In this document: one piece after another, positions 11,001 through 23,135 of the stretch
Layout: every line of letters begins with the position of its first letter
Numbering within the stretch: position 1 is the first letter of the stretch
NCBI GenBank assembly: GCA_047495785.1
Contig: JBLDXI010000023.1
Span: 806,001-870,000 of the forward strand
DNA from: Lepidodermella squamata
Taxonomy: Eukaryota; Animalia; Gastrotricha
Direction: 5' to 3'
Length of the DNA stretch: 64,000 nt
The notes under the pieces: generated by a model
Databases searched by the model: none
Seen by the model: the letters and a program-made list of their open reading frames with translations, nothing else
Told to the model about the DNA's origin: nothing
Position numbers and translations under genes: made by a program

Positions 11001-11219
11001 TTTCATCATCTCTGACGTAGTCTTACGCCTCCCTTTTGGGCCTGTACAGACACATTCGCTATCTTCGGGCGCGCCGTCGGTCTCACATCGCCAGTAATAT
11101 TTGCGGCAAGCTTCGCAAATGGAGAGTTGAGGTGTTTCTTGACTTTTCCCCGATGACGGGCCCCAGAGAATGCCTGGTATAGACCGGCGACAAACGCCGC
11201 AATATTGAGAATTATCCAT
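8090..11219 (-). CDS. Nuclear receptor with two C4 zinc-finger DNA-binding domains (2DBD-NR-like), 5 exons, 771 aa
   Basis: Exons 11219-10790, 10734-10332, 9782-9017, 8858-8474, 8421-8090, all GT-AG and phase-compatible, 2316 nt total. DBD1 CGVC..CEACRKYYWR..CRPCRYNQC. Spliced DBD2 CAICNSPSQGFNFGVVSCDKCASFFSR...CRSCRLRRCYSAGM. S/P/Q-rich hinge. LBD motifs FLTALPGAKSIEINERMVIY, LNLREFAVFCALLCFSP, RLAKMEKLVTVFR, and AF-2-like PLVKEF. Confidence 0.88.
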
Positions 11220-12041
11220 CGTTCAAGAAAGGTCTAAATCCCAAAGCCCAAATGGAATTAAACACGATTTTATTGAAAGATTTTGAAGAAAAGCTAAGTG
11301 AGTTTGGTTAAGAAAATGCACTGTATTTCGCGACTTTTAGTATAAGAAAGTGTACTGTATTTCTCTTTGCGTAAATTAGGATACAGCAGCTATAGCACAA
11401 TAGTAGCTTTCTAACACATCACGATGCATGTGTATCTATTTCATTGTTGTTGTCAACGATGCTTTTTTGACTTTTACAATATAATCCACTTGGTCAATGA
11501 TATGACTGTAGAGCAGCTACATGAAATGTGGCGCCAGCTGCTGTAACTATAACAGCTCATTGTGTAAGTATATATGTGTATGTGAGTGCGTACGCGTAGC
11601 CGCATCGGTTTCAATTTCATATACAGTATACTCACGTCTTATACCGTATATGAAATTATAAAGGCAGTCTCTTTTATCTGTTGTTTCGAGGCATAAAAAA
11701 GGAAAAATAAAAGGAAAGATAGGCAAGGCCTTCAAAACTGGAACGGTGTCGGATATCGGCCGCCGCAACCGAGCGGTAACAAGTCCGCTTCAATCACATA
11801 AAATAGCTGTCATTCTCAAGATCAAAAATCATAATTTTAGTTTATTTGAATCAATTTTTAGACTAATCTCAGCTGATAATTCAGCAATAAAACTATTCGC
11901 TTTGCTCGCATATTATGAAGATATTCCACTTCAAATTTCGTCTTCGTATCGTGGTGGAAAGGGCCCCCGTAAGAAAAGTGCCCAGGGCACCTTGAAAGTT
12001 TGAAACGGCCCTGTCTTCATGTTCTTAATAATTCATAATAT

Positions 12042-13223
12042 TCAATCTTGTCGATAAATTATCAGACTCACAAAATTCAACATTACTTGTGAGAGAATGA
12101 AGGCGAAAGCAGACATTATTTCCAAGGTTGTTTGCAACGTGATTTTGCCACTGAATAAGCATTGATTCATATTACTGCGAAAATTGTTCGCTAGAAAGCA
12201 GATTATAGCCGAATATATCACAATGAACATACCGAAAACAGTTTGACAAAACACGTAGTAAGAAGCTATTATTCTGCTTGGAGTTTTAGGTAAATTTTGT
12301 AGAACTGAATCCTGAATTACAAAGATCGCCAACATAACGGTGCAAGCGAAGCAGGACCTGTCAGGCATTTCTGGAGGGATTAGGAGGGCACTAAGCGTCA
12401 GCAAACTCAGAATAAGTCCGGGGCCAAAACAGTTTAGTAGGTAATAGTCAGCCTTTCGCCTAAATTTCAGATGAAATGAGACTTGAACGATCGATGAGTC
12501 ATTCTTCTCAATATCGTTGAACCCCAGGGTTGAGGCATTGTGCAATCTCGTCGACTTCTCAACAAGTTCCCAATTCGAATTCTGAGGCATGAACGTATTG
12601 GCAAATACTGGCCAGTATTCAGCTGAAATGAAGACTATATTGCTCAGGGGTTGATTCAAAACAATCCACACGCCGCAAGTTTGCTCGTCGAATGGGAATT
12701 TCCAAAAGTTCAAATCGCAGTAAGTTGTGAACGCGCCGGTGAATAAGTATTGGAAAACCCCCGTCGGCAGTCGAATGTAGAAAAATTTCGCGTGATCCGA
12801 CGAATCGTCTAGAGCTGAGCCTCGAATGCTGTTTCTCATTACAATGCTGGGACGCCAGTATAACTTGGGGTCTTCATGCTAAAGCATTGTTACTGGCGCC
12901 GGCCACGATGCTAGAGATGCGTTGTAAACCTCGGCAACACATGGCACATGCCAGTCCAAGGCAGTAATGCCAATGAAGCTAAGGTATTCGCTAACGTCGT
13001 TGATTTCGAGAAATCTATCCAACTGTAGCCAGACTTTGATCTTAGTGGGGATATTTTCAAGCTCTTGCGGAGAATTCACAGCTGCGCCTATTCGACAACT
13101 CTGTAGCAGGGTTTCAGTGAAGTTTGATGGTGAAATGGTTCGTGCAGCTTCGGATTGGTAGATAGCAAGCATGAGATGAATAAGAATGAGATTCTGAAAA
13201 GTTGGAAAGCGTTTACAGGGCAT
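12042..13223 (-). pseudogene. pLGIC subfamily A copy with a single in-frame nonsense codon
   Basis: ORFs 12879..13310 and 12042..12839 are in the same frame. TAG at 12879-12881 replaces the Gln of LQHE/LQQE in paralogs. Otherwise full-length from ATG at 13223. Confidence 0.88.
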
Positions 13224-13661
13224 TTTTGTTATTGCGGGCCATTTCGAACCTAAAACCACTAAAATGGAGATAAATTGTAAGTATATACAATATGCATTCT
13301 CCTCTTGCATTGTAAAGCTCTGAAAACTCCAATATCGATCGACAGAGAGGAGCTTCTGGAGCTTCTGGAATAGTAGAGAAAGCTTTATTCCGGAAGTTTA
13401 TATACACTGAGAGTCGGCTCCATTTGCTTTTTTGATCCGGTAATTGATCAATATCCGAGCAAAAATTTTGATTTACCAAAGCTAAAGCAAAATCAAAAGC
13501 TGAACTTCCGATTCATGTCTCTACCTACTGTGTTACGAAAGCGAAATTAATGTTCGACCTTTTGACCATTTATTTAGACAAAAATTAACAAAAATAGGAA
13601 ACAATCAAAGCTCGCGCAGTTTAGATAGTGGCTCATGTCCGAGACTTAAGACGAATAGTTC

Positions 13662-14804
13662 CTAATAATTTCGATACACACCTACTGTAATGACATTAAG
13701 GAGAATCTGAGCGGTAATGAGCGTCATAACATTGACTATTTCAATAATTGTTTCAAGCGTGATTTTCGTCCCGAAGACACATCGCTTCATCCGGCTGCTA
13801 AACTTGTTAGAGAAAAAGCAAATCATAGCCGAATAGACAACTACACACATGCCGAAAAAAGTTTGGCAAAACACGTAAGACGAAGCAATCACCCTGCTAG
13901 GTGTTTTAGGTAAGTTCTGGACAACTTGGTCCTGAATCACAAATATCGCCAACATGATTGTACACGCATAGCAAGACCTATCAGGCATTTCGGGTGGGAT
14001 TAGCAGAGCACATAAAATAAGAACGCTTAGAATGATACAAGGGCCGAAACAGTTCATCATGTAGTAGTCAGATTTGCGTTTGAATCTAAAGTAGAACGAG
14101 ACTTGATAAAATGACGAATCATTCTGCGCAACTTCATGGAATCCCAGGACAGAAGCGTTGTACATTTCGAAGTACTTTTCAATCAACTCCCAGTGTGAAT
14201 TTCTCGGCATCATTTTAAAGGTTGAGCTTGGCACATATCCGGCAGATTGGATCGCTACATTGCTCGAATACTGGTTTGAAACGATTGTAATGTCGCAAAG
14301 TTGTTCATCAAAAGGAAACTTCCAGAAGTCCAAATCACAGTACGTCGATAGCAAACCTGTGAAGCTTATCTGGAAACTACCAATAGCTGGCCTTATCAGC
14401 ATTAACTTCGTGTACTCCGATGATTCGATCAAAGATTGGCCTCGGATGTCGTTTCTCAGCATAACATAGGGTCGCCAGTAAATATTGGGGTATTCATGTT
14501 GTAAGGCAGTGATGCCAGCTGGCCACCATTTTGATGATTTTTTGTAGACGTCAGCCACACATGGAACTTCCCATTCTAGGCCTAAAGTACCGATGAAACT
14601 CATATATTCGCCAACATCGTTGATTTCAATGAATCTATCAAGATTCAGTAATACTGTGATCTTGGTCGGGATATTCTCAACTTCCTGGGGCGAGTTTGCT
14701 GTTGCGCTGATGCGACAGTTCTGGAGTAGTGTTTCAGTCAGATTATCTGGAGTTGGGGCGCTCCAAACTCCAGGATGAAGCAGGGCGATGAATACAACTA
14801 GCAT
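13662..14804 (-). CDS. Divergent Cys-loop pLGIC subunit (subfamily B), single exon, 380 aa
   Basis: Signal peptide, CDLDFWKFPFDEQLC, 4 TM, PPEMPDRSCYACTIML. A TAG directly precedes the ATG, where the paralog at 42933 has WHQ-M. Confidence 0.9.
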   Translation of the reverse strand: MLVVFIALLHPGVWSAPTPDNLTETLLQNCRISATANSPQEVENIPTKITVLLNLDRFIEINDVGEYMSFIGTLGLEWEVPCVADVYKKSSKWWPAGITALQHEYPNIYWRPYVMLRNDIRGQSLIESSEYTKLMLIRPAIGSFQISFTGLLSTYCDLDFWKFPFDEQLCDITIVSNQYSSNVAIQSAGYVPSSTFKMMPRNSHWELIEKYFEMYNASVLGFHEVAQNDSSFYQVSFYFRFKRKSDYYMMNCFGPCIILSVLILCALLIPPEMPDRSCYACTIMLAIFVIQDQVVQNLPKTPSRVIASSYVFCQTFFGMCVVVYSAMICFFSNKFSSRMKRCVFGTKITLETIIEIVNVMTLITAQILLNVITVGVYRNY

Positions 14805-15629
14805 CTAGTGCCAAGTTTTATGCAAGCGGTACTAGATTCTACGATTAATATCAAACTTGGAATGGTCAGGGCAGAATTTTCGTGTGAAGTTAAGCAAATA
14901 AAAGCGACCTACCTCATCTGAAATTTCTAATAAATTTGAGCGAGCTGTTGTTGTGATTTGCTTTGCGAAATTTATTTGATTTTTACCAAGTGCATGCAAC
15001 TCGTGTTTTGTGTTTTGTTATTCAGCTCAGTCGTGAGAACTTTGAATTTCTACGAATTAAACAAATGAGCCTCGCCGGGCGAAAACGTGAGATCTGGCAA
15101 AGTTTTCATGTAATAATTAAATGATATTTTCCTGTTCCAAATTGATAAAAAAATGTGGGAAAAATGGTAATTATTCGAATGGCCTAATGCTAATGTCTCT
15201 CAGATCTATTTTCCATGAATCTCAATCTTTTCCCCGCAGTCCGAACTCATGAGGCGAGGCTGAGACTTAACCAGCTAAGTTCGCTTTTTGTGCACAGAGC
15301 TAAACAAGTTATCAACCAAATCCTGGGTCTGTCAAAAGTCATTTTTTTCGGGTCAACGATGCGTCGTAGGGCAAAATGGCCGACGGCAAACGGCAAAGTG
15401 TAGCCCATTACCCGGCGGTTCTTTTGACACCGAATTTGGGGACTCAAGGTCTGAGCAGGTCTTTGAAAATGACAGTGAAAAAACGTCGAAATTTTGGATT
15501 AGAGCCGAAAAGCAGACCAAGAATAGGACCTAATTATTAGACCCAGATTATGGCGCAACAATCGAAATGTCACTGTTTTTACAATTTGGTTTCTGTGCGT
15601 TCCTTGAAGTCTTTAGCCCGAATTTGGTG

Positions 15630-16055
15630 TCAAATACATTTGTTCAAATCGCATTTGGTTACACAGGCGTCGACAGTTTCGGCTCGGCCGCCATGTGGAA
15701 CAATTGGGAGGCACTGGCGCATATCTCCGCCGAAGACAGTGGTGACACCACCAAAAGGTAGATCAGTTTTGTCACGAAGTGTGCGATCAACGGCCTTGAA
15801 AGCTAATTTATGCAGCATAGAAGCTTCATCAAAAATAATAAGGTCAGTCGGCCGAATCAGAGAAGCCAATGCACTTTGAGCCGGAATATTGCAAGTAGTG
15901 TTTCTATGATTAACGATTAACGCCTTCGATAGGAATTTTGAAGACGGGATGAGCCGTTCTGTCGTTATAAAGAAGTAAGGAAGCGATACCGGAAGAAGCG
16001 CAAGCTAGAACTACGCGACCCTTATTTGATCGGACTTCATCCATAACTCCATAGC
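15630..16055 (-). mobile_element. Helitron PIF1-type helicase relic
   Basis: Frameshifted pieces VLACASSGIASLLL..RTAH..FKIP and LIIFDEASM..AVDRTLRD..PFGGVTTVFGGDMRQCLP match Helitron/PIF1 helicase motifs Ia-III. Confidence 0.85.
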
Positions 16056-16437
16056 TCAATTTTAGAACATGATACACTCCTTGAGCACATTTCTGAAGGT
16101 CCAAGGCTGTTTTCTGAAGGAGCAAATGACAATTGTAAACAGGGCCGCAAATATATTGCGCTCAGTGATGACGCCTGATTTATGCGTGGTCCTCTTCAAA
16201 GTCTCCACTCTCCACCTCATTTTTTTTAAATGGCGAGGCTAAGATCATTCGAGAATGGTGTTTCGGCGCCTTGTTTACCTTAAATGCCGCTTCAATATTG
16301 TGGAACCTCTTGTGGAACCTCTCTCGAAAATCAATTGGACAGCAACGCCAGACGGATGAGGAAATTGGAGCTGCAGGGTTAGTATCGTGAGTTCGTCAGT
16401 ACCACAGTTGCTTTTTCATCTCTCCGAATTTGGACAC

Positions 16438-17583
16438 ATGGCAAAGGTATTTCTAGCTGTCTTTGCTTTTTTCAACGTTAGTCGTGCATTGGCTGAACAA
16501 GCATATGAAAGCAGTATCAAGGATTTCGATCCCACCACAACCATTCTGAGCAACTGTAGAATAGCTCCGACTGTCAACTCGCCAACTGAACTAGCCAACA
16601 AAACTACTTCTCTCACCCTAGAACTACGCCCTAATCGTTTAATCGACCTTGACGACATCGGTGAAACTTTCACCATTTACGGGAAACTCACAGTTCTTTA
16701 CGAAGTGAAATGCATTTTCGATTTGTACAACGGTAGTGTTGCATGGCCAGCGAGCATCACGTATCTAATGATGGAGGACCCTAGTAAATACTGGTTCCCA
16801 CCTTTGCTACATCAAAATTCGGTGGGTAACCCAGCGATGGTCGAAGGTTTCCATAGGTTGCTTAAAATTACGATGGATAGAGGCTACATCTCATTTACTT
16901 TAGCGGGAAAGTTTACGTCTTATTGCGACATGGAGGTGACCTACTTCCCGTTCGATGTTCAAGAGTGTACCATCGAGTTCGAGCTCGGTCAAGACATTAG
17001 ATACTCCGTAATCAGTAAAGCTAGCTTATATGGTATGCTGGGAAATATTTTAAAGAAGAATTCAGACTGGCTGATATCGAAAAGTTCCACTTCGTTTGGC
17101 GCATCCAAATTGAACGAATCAAGCTTTGTTAGCTTCACCTTTGAATTAAAGCGGAAGCCACAATATTTCCTGATGTACTTATTCGCACCAAATTTCATTC
17201 TCAGTATATTGGTTCTGGCGTCGTTTTTCATCCCGGCTCAAGCTGCCGATCGCCCTGCTTTAACCTGCACTGCCATGCTTGCGATTTTCGTTCTCCAAGA
17301 CAACATCCAAGCTAATTTGCCGAAAACCCCCGGCCCTATCGTTGCTGGCATTTTCAGCTTGTCGCAAGCTGCTATTGCAACTGTGTGTGTTCTATACGAA
17401 GCGATCATGTGCGGAATCCTTAACAACTTTCCCGGAATTGCCCAGAAAAACTTTACATTTTTTAACAAAAAAGTGGCTCAATATGTGATCATCGACATCT
17501 TTATGTTTCAGTTCGCTTTCTTCATGTACTTCATCTCGATCGCTGCAGTTATCTTTTTATTGAGACGACCTTGGGACAGTTGA
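16438..17583 (+). CDS. Divergent Cys-loop pLGIC subunit (subfamily C), single exon, 381 aa
   Basis: ATG 16438, signal peptide, CDMEVTYFPFDVQEC, KRKP, 4 TM, ADRPALTCTAML. Close paralog of 49936..51081. Confidence 0.95.
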   Translation: MAKVFLAVFAFFNVSRALAEQAYESSIKDFDPTTTILSNCRIAPTVNSPTELANKTTSLTLELRPNRLIDLDDIGETFTIYGKLTVLYEVKCIFDLYNGSVAWPASITYLMMEDPSKYWFPPLLHQNSVGNPAMVEGFHRLLKITMDRGYISFTLAGKFTSYCDMEVTYFPFDVQECTIEFELGQDIRYSVISKASLYGMLGNILKKNSDWLISKSSTSFGASKLNESSFVSFTFELKRKPQYFLMYLFAPNFILSILVLASFFIPAQAADRPALTCTAMLAIFVLQDNIQANLPKTPGPIVAGIFSLSQAAIATVCVLYEAIMCGILNNFPGIAQKNFTFFNKKVAQYVIIDIFMFQFAFFMYFISIAAVIFLLRRPWDS

Positions 17584-18659
17584 ATGCGGGTCATTTATAA
17601 TTATTGTTTCTTAGTTATTTAGTTTGGCTATAAATATATATAAATATTATATTTTTTATTATATATCATATTATATATTTTATCAATGATAGTCTAAAAT
17701 TGCCTACTTCTTTCGAGCGTTGAATAAATTTACCAGTCTTTACCCGCGAAACAGAGCTTCTATGACTTGCTATGACTCCCGAATGAAACGTTCAGTCGTG
17801 CGATCCATAACATTTTTTTCAACAAGTGTTTTTTGCCGCAGTAATTTGCAACGATTAAAATGGAGTTTACGCTCGTGGTCAATGGAAACCGTGCAGAAGT
17901 TGTGGCAAAGTCATTTTTACATAAATAAAAAATAATTGATTATAGTGGATCGCAGGACGGAACTGTTTCATCTCGGAGTCAAATCATATCTGAGACAAAT
18001 TGTTGCCCCAATTATCAGTGCCGGATATCCATTGGTCAAGATTGGAAGCCTTGAAATCGATCTTATTTTATTCCCAGTATTGCGTAACTCATCTTTTCTC
18101 CACGATGCTCCACCAATTCAAAATTTCTCACCTGTCAGTAGCCAATAAAACTTTCACTAAGATGAGAAAAATCGTGATACGATCACCCAACTCATCTTTT
18201 CTCCATTGTCGATAATTATTTTTGCGCAATTTTTAGGAAAACTCGACACCACTGCCTTGGCATTGGTCCGCAGTGGCACGATAGAGTTCCCCCGACGCCC
18301 GGTAAACCCGGTTTTTCCACGTGAAATATCGACAACCAGTCAGCTGAGGTCAGCCTTAGGGGTGTGACAACCCTTAAGAAATTCTCAAGTCCATTTTCGA
18401 AATGTTTACTTATTTCCTTAACTTAAGCGTTCGATAACACTTCGACCTTATTTCGTAAAAACAGTTAAAATTAAGGGCGACCTTAACTTTCGATCCCCAA
18501 CCTTAGCACTTGAGGAATCAAGGTGGAGTTAAGGAGCTTACGATCACCACCTTATTATAGGCTCTTATTATATGAGTTCTCTACTCTCAGGATTACTCCG
18601 ATTGTTAAGCACCCGACTTGAAAAAAAATTTATTGTTTTGTTGAATTGTCCTGGAAAAT

Positions 18660-19361
18660 TGTCCAGTAGTTGTGACAAAGCACTGCATCAGGTATGAAGA
18701 TTAACATTCCCGACAGGCAGAAACGCAACAGCGCTGTATCAACGTTCTCTGTGAGTTGGAGTCGAAGTTGGAACATATCGGAACGGCTGTTGCGTTGTTG
18801 AAGCCTTCAATCACAATCAGCTGAACGCTGAATGTTCGGTAAGGAATTACCATCAATGGGATAAAGACAATTACGCAGATCACGGCGAATACTGCGGTCA
18901 GAAAAGCGACCTTTTTCAGATCTGGCCTTGAATTCGGACTCAATGATGTAACACATACTCGACGCTCGTAACTGATGAGCATCATCGTTATTGGGCTAAA
19001 TCCTGCTGTTACGAATAACAATACTGAAAGAGCCGTGCAGGACGAATCACCGGCTAGCCAATGGCCCGTGGGGGTACCAATGATCATCATCAAAGAGTAT
19101 CCAAATGAGAAAATTATGTGATCCACACCGAGAACGGTGATAAGGAAGAGAAAGTCTCGCCGAACACACCGCCATGATAATATTGGCGATAGTTGAGACA
19201 AAGACAAAGCAGGCAATGGCGGAGCACAGAGACGCGTATAGAAGCCGAGTGGAAGGACTCCGTGTGGTCAGATTGTAAGCTCCTATGAAATAGAATCGGG
19301 CTCCGCTGGATCCGCGATCAGGCAGCTTAGCCAAGATCCACGACTGCTCGGAATAATTCAT
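18660..19361 (-). pseudogene. Class A GPCR pseudogene (paralog of 40596..41690)
   Basis: MNYSEQSWI.. and ..FLFLITVLGVDH..ISYERRVCV align with the intact copy. Frameshift near 19175, further frameshifts near 18750-18700, and truncation after TM5. Confidence 0.88.
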
Positions 19362-20063
19362 AACGACAGCTTCATGTGAAACTGATTAGGTATTATGCTC
19401 TATTGCGAAAATTGCAACAATAGAGGTGCTAAATTAGCATTAATAGTCGGAGTCGAGAAACACCGCTAAACGCTAGAGGAACATGTCTACTGATTATAAG
19501 TATAGATCGAAGTGATTTTCGTCTTTATGTCGCCGTTTGCACGTTTCAAGGAGCATGCATTAGGTTAATTAGGATGATGCGTAGATCGCGCCCAAATAAG
19601 TAGTGTCTATCGGATTAAATTTTTTATTGTGGGGGCTAATAGGCATCTTCATCATCATCGTTGTCAGGTCATTTGAGCTCTTTGTCACGTGCATGGCACA
19701 ACATTAACAGTGGTGAATATCAACCAGACGCCACGGTAATGTCACGTGCCCTTCGTTTTGAAGTACTTGTACTTGAAGGATTTTTAAACTGATTCCTACC
19801 AATTCCATCATGAAGATATATTGTTTACAGAGTCCAATTTCGATGAGCTTTTATGAAAAATAACATTTCTCGGATTTACTAATAGCGAAATTAGCTTTAC
19901 AATGAATAGACCACGTGAGATATTTTCCGCTCGTTTGATTTCGCACTCTGATTGGTTCGCACCAAAGTGGATTGAAAATCTTATTCAGGCATATATATAA
20001 ATATATATATACCCCACAACTCGTACGATATTGCTTAATTTTTCTCGCAACATCATCGTTAAA

Positions 20064-21942
20064 ATGTTTATTCTCATGATTTTAGGTGTTGGCTTAGCGC
20101 AAGCCTTGACAACGCAGACAGCTCTGCTCAAGCCGGCAAGAGACGCGTTCCTAAAGCGCTGCACCTTCGCAGCGTCGACGAACCTGCCAGGCGAGGTGCA
20201 CGTTTTGTCGAAGTTCCAGGAGCCACTCCTCGTCAATGTATCAGCATTGCTGTTTCGCGTTGTCGAAATCAACGATTTGAACCAATACTTGTCTGCATTT
20301 TTCTACGTGACAATGCGCTGGTCGTATCCTTGCGACAAAGCACTCAGCTGCGACGACCTCAGCGGCGTGATGAGAGCCCCAGCTCTGTGCAATTCGTCAA
20401 GCGTAAAGCAGATGCATTTTCAGATAAACGCGCAATCAACATGGCGACCGCAGTTTACCCACTACAACGCGATTCACAGCGCAAGGCCGTTCGAAACAAC
20501 CTCAGACGGTGATAAAATTAACATTTACCCATTCGGCTTGGAGGGCTCCGAGCCAGTCGCTGTATTCGGTCAGTACAGGAGGCTGGACTCGGCTTGTGAC
20601 AATTTCAATTTCAAATCGTTTCCGTTCGACAAGCTATCGTGCGACATTTTGCTGTCAACAGACGACGCTGTATCGCTGCTTGACTTTCGTCTACTTCAAT
20701 TCACAGTTGAGCAATCACTGAGAAGCCGATTTCTATCTGAGGATGATATCTGGAAGTTGGATGGCATGCTCGACGACGCGCTGAGTGGTGCGGTCGTACA
20801 TGCTAATGAATCAACGGGTGAATATGCCCATATCAAACTGAACCTCCGCTTCGAACGGAAATACTACTACTACATATCTAGCATTCTCATCCCAACCTAC
20901 GGCACGTTCGCATTACAGCTGGCATCCCTTACGCTGCCACCTGGGAATTCGGACAGGTAAGGTCAAATCTGTTTTGTTGGCTCGAACGTTGAAAGTAGCT
21001 CACTTATAGTTATAGGATGTGAAACAAAATCGGGGTTTAGCTGATCATCTCGAACCCCTCCAGGGTGCGAAGTACAGGGGTGCTGGGGTGTCGCGTCACC
21101 CCAGCTCCGGGACTACAACCAGAGCGGAAGGCTGTAAAAACCACTGGGGGACCCTTTGGATTGTTCAGCTGGGTCCTAGAAAGCAAGTTGAAAACACCTC
21201 AGCACCAAGATCCTACTTTGCACACTGAGCCCCTCAAAGGTTCTTGCTAATAAGTTCGACGCAGCCGAGTTTTGTTTTTTTCCTTGGATATTTCCTTGGT
21301 AGGATCGTTTGTTGCCTGGACGTTGGACGGTACCCCCGTACCCTCTAACTTCGCACACTGTAACTGTAAGGTGTAAGGTTGAAGCACGTGTAGGATCCCG
21401 GAGCTTCCACGGAGGGAACTTTTCTGTTTTTGCCAAAATCACTAGGGATTTTCCACTAAAATACGCTTCAAATCCTCTCGAAATTGGCAAAACAGCTAGC
21501 TAAATTCTCGTTTTCTTGTCCGGTCTGGCTAAGCTGGAGGCTGGAGGGGATGAGAAATGGGAATGAAGCCACTTCCCACGTGAAGCATAACATAAGCAGC
21601 TTTGATTTTGCCATATATTGCAGAGCCATGTTTGCAGTCACGACAGTTCTAGCCAATTCGGTTCTTCTCAGTCTTGTATTCGCCGGAATACCGCGAACAT
21701 CGGAAACAGTGTATCTCGTATCTATGATCATCATCAAATACGTATGCGGAATCGCGTTGACGGTTTACATTTCGTGGGCAGTATCCATGGCGGCTTTTCT
21801 GGGCAAGGACAGACATTTCATGTTCGGCAATCGTGCCATTCCGTTTCACTTCCTGCGATATGCGGACCTTGCCGTAGGATCAATTGTCGCTATAATCGTC
21901 GTCACGGCGGATATGTCATATTTCTTTATGATGACTGTTTGA
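20064..21942 (+). CDS. Most divergent pLGIC of the cluster, 2 exons (20064-20956, 21624-21942), 403 aa
   Basis: Donor GACAG|GTAAGG and acceptor ATATTGCAG|AGCC join to give PPGNSDRAMFAVTTVLA (M2). Cys-loop CDNFNFKSFPFDKLSC. 4 TM. Confidence 0.88.
21061..21227. mobile_element. hAT-type MITE (family also at 37804-37950, partial at 57555-57645)
   Basis: TIR CAGGGTGCGAAGTA / TACTTTGCACACTG. Near-perfect 8-bp TSD AACCCCTC/AGCCCCTC. Shared core CCCAGCTCCGGGACTAC...CAGCTGGGTCCTAG. Confidence 0.8.
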
Positions 21943-22455
21943 GTCAACAAATGCGAGCAGGCTAAATCGTGACCGACTTCGACTGAAAACTATTAAAACT
22001 CTCAATTTCTCAACCATTAGATAAGGTGATAGGGCAGAGGTGTAGCACTTAATAGATACCACGTCATATTTTATTTCCTACATTTTGTACTAAGCTTTCA
22101 TTGCATTTACATCCACGGAAACCGCTTCATACAGTATATCTACTAATTTTTTCGGTGGTCATTAATTTTGGAGATTTTGGGCCTGTACATTAAATTTCGA
22201 TGGATTTGAATTCGGTTTCAGGTTGGCCGCTGCGGTTTCAATTTTGGTGTTTTAATTTTGGTTTTAATTTTGGTATTTTTGCAAAAACACGGAATTAAAA
22301 GATCAAACCGAAAATTTATGACCATCGAAAATTAGTAGATATGCAATATTTATATATGGGCATCATCACCACAAGTCTAACAGTTGATACTTTAAAGTTG
22401 AAGAAAATGATTGGAGTAATCAGAAGTTTACAAAACAATGGTATTCTACTCCAGC

Positions 22456-22888
22456 TCAATGGTGAATGCTGTGCCGTGCCCATGTGATGACGTGGAGTAT
22501 GACCAGCAGGGCCAATGCGCCTAAGAACCCGAGTGCTGCAAGTTCTGCGACAAATTTTTTTCACCATCCACTGATTATACCCGTTTGAAAGCAGGCACAT
22601 AGCCGCAACGTAGATGTTGGAAACCAGGCCGAAAAGGCATCGGTAGAGGACGTAGTAGTAGGCCACAACTGGCTGGCCACCATTCTAGAGATGCGTTGTA
22701 ATCCTCAGCAACACATGGGACTAGCCACTCTAGGAAAACAACACCAATAAAGCTAAAATATTGGCCAACATCGTTCATTTCGAGGAATTTATTCAACGGT
22801 AGCCAGACTTTTGTCTTAGTGGGGGTGGGGATTATCTTAGTGTGGGCGAAGAATTCACAGCTGCGCCTATTCGACAACTCTGTAGCAG
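22456..22888 (-). pseudogene. Chimeric pLGIC pseudogene: subfamily A ECD fragment fused to M3-M4 of a 46668-type gene
   Basis: 22671-22888 encodes LQSCRIGAAVNS..VWLPLNKFLEMNDVGQY..WLVPCV..WWPA (13223-like). 22456-22670 encodes AYYYVLYRCLFG..AAMCLLSNGY..WM (46668-like). Confidence 0.85.
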
Positions 22889-23135
22889 AGGTAAGTTACC
22901 GCCAGTACTTGAACATTTGGATATGGATCGGACAACTTTTTCGATGGCATTAACGTTTACCGCCTGGCGTCATATAAACAAGCCTGAAGGTTCCTTCGAA
23001 AGTAGGACCTCGGAACTGGTAGGGACGGCAAAAATCGACGTAAGGGTCCCCCTTTGGCCCCCTGAGCTCACCTTACGAACTAACGGAAACTGTTAGGGAT
23101 GATCCCTACCATCCCTAGCGGTACTTCTCTCACTG
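22886..23135. mobile_element. MITE family (also ~51262-51422; end fragments ~59580 and 61545-61592)
   Basis: Shared end GGGATGATCCCTACCATCCCTAGCGGTACTTC(G/T)CTC..TG and internal AAAATCGAC.TAAGGGTC..CTGAGCTCACCTT. Confidence 0.7.
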
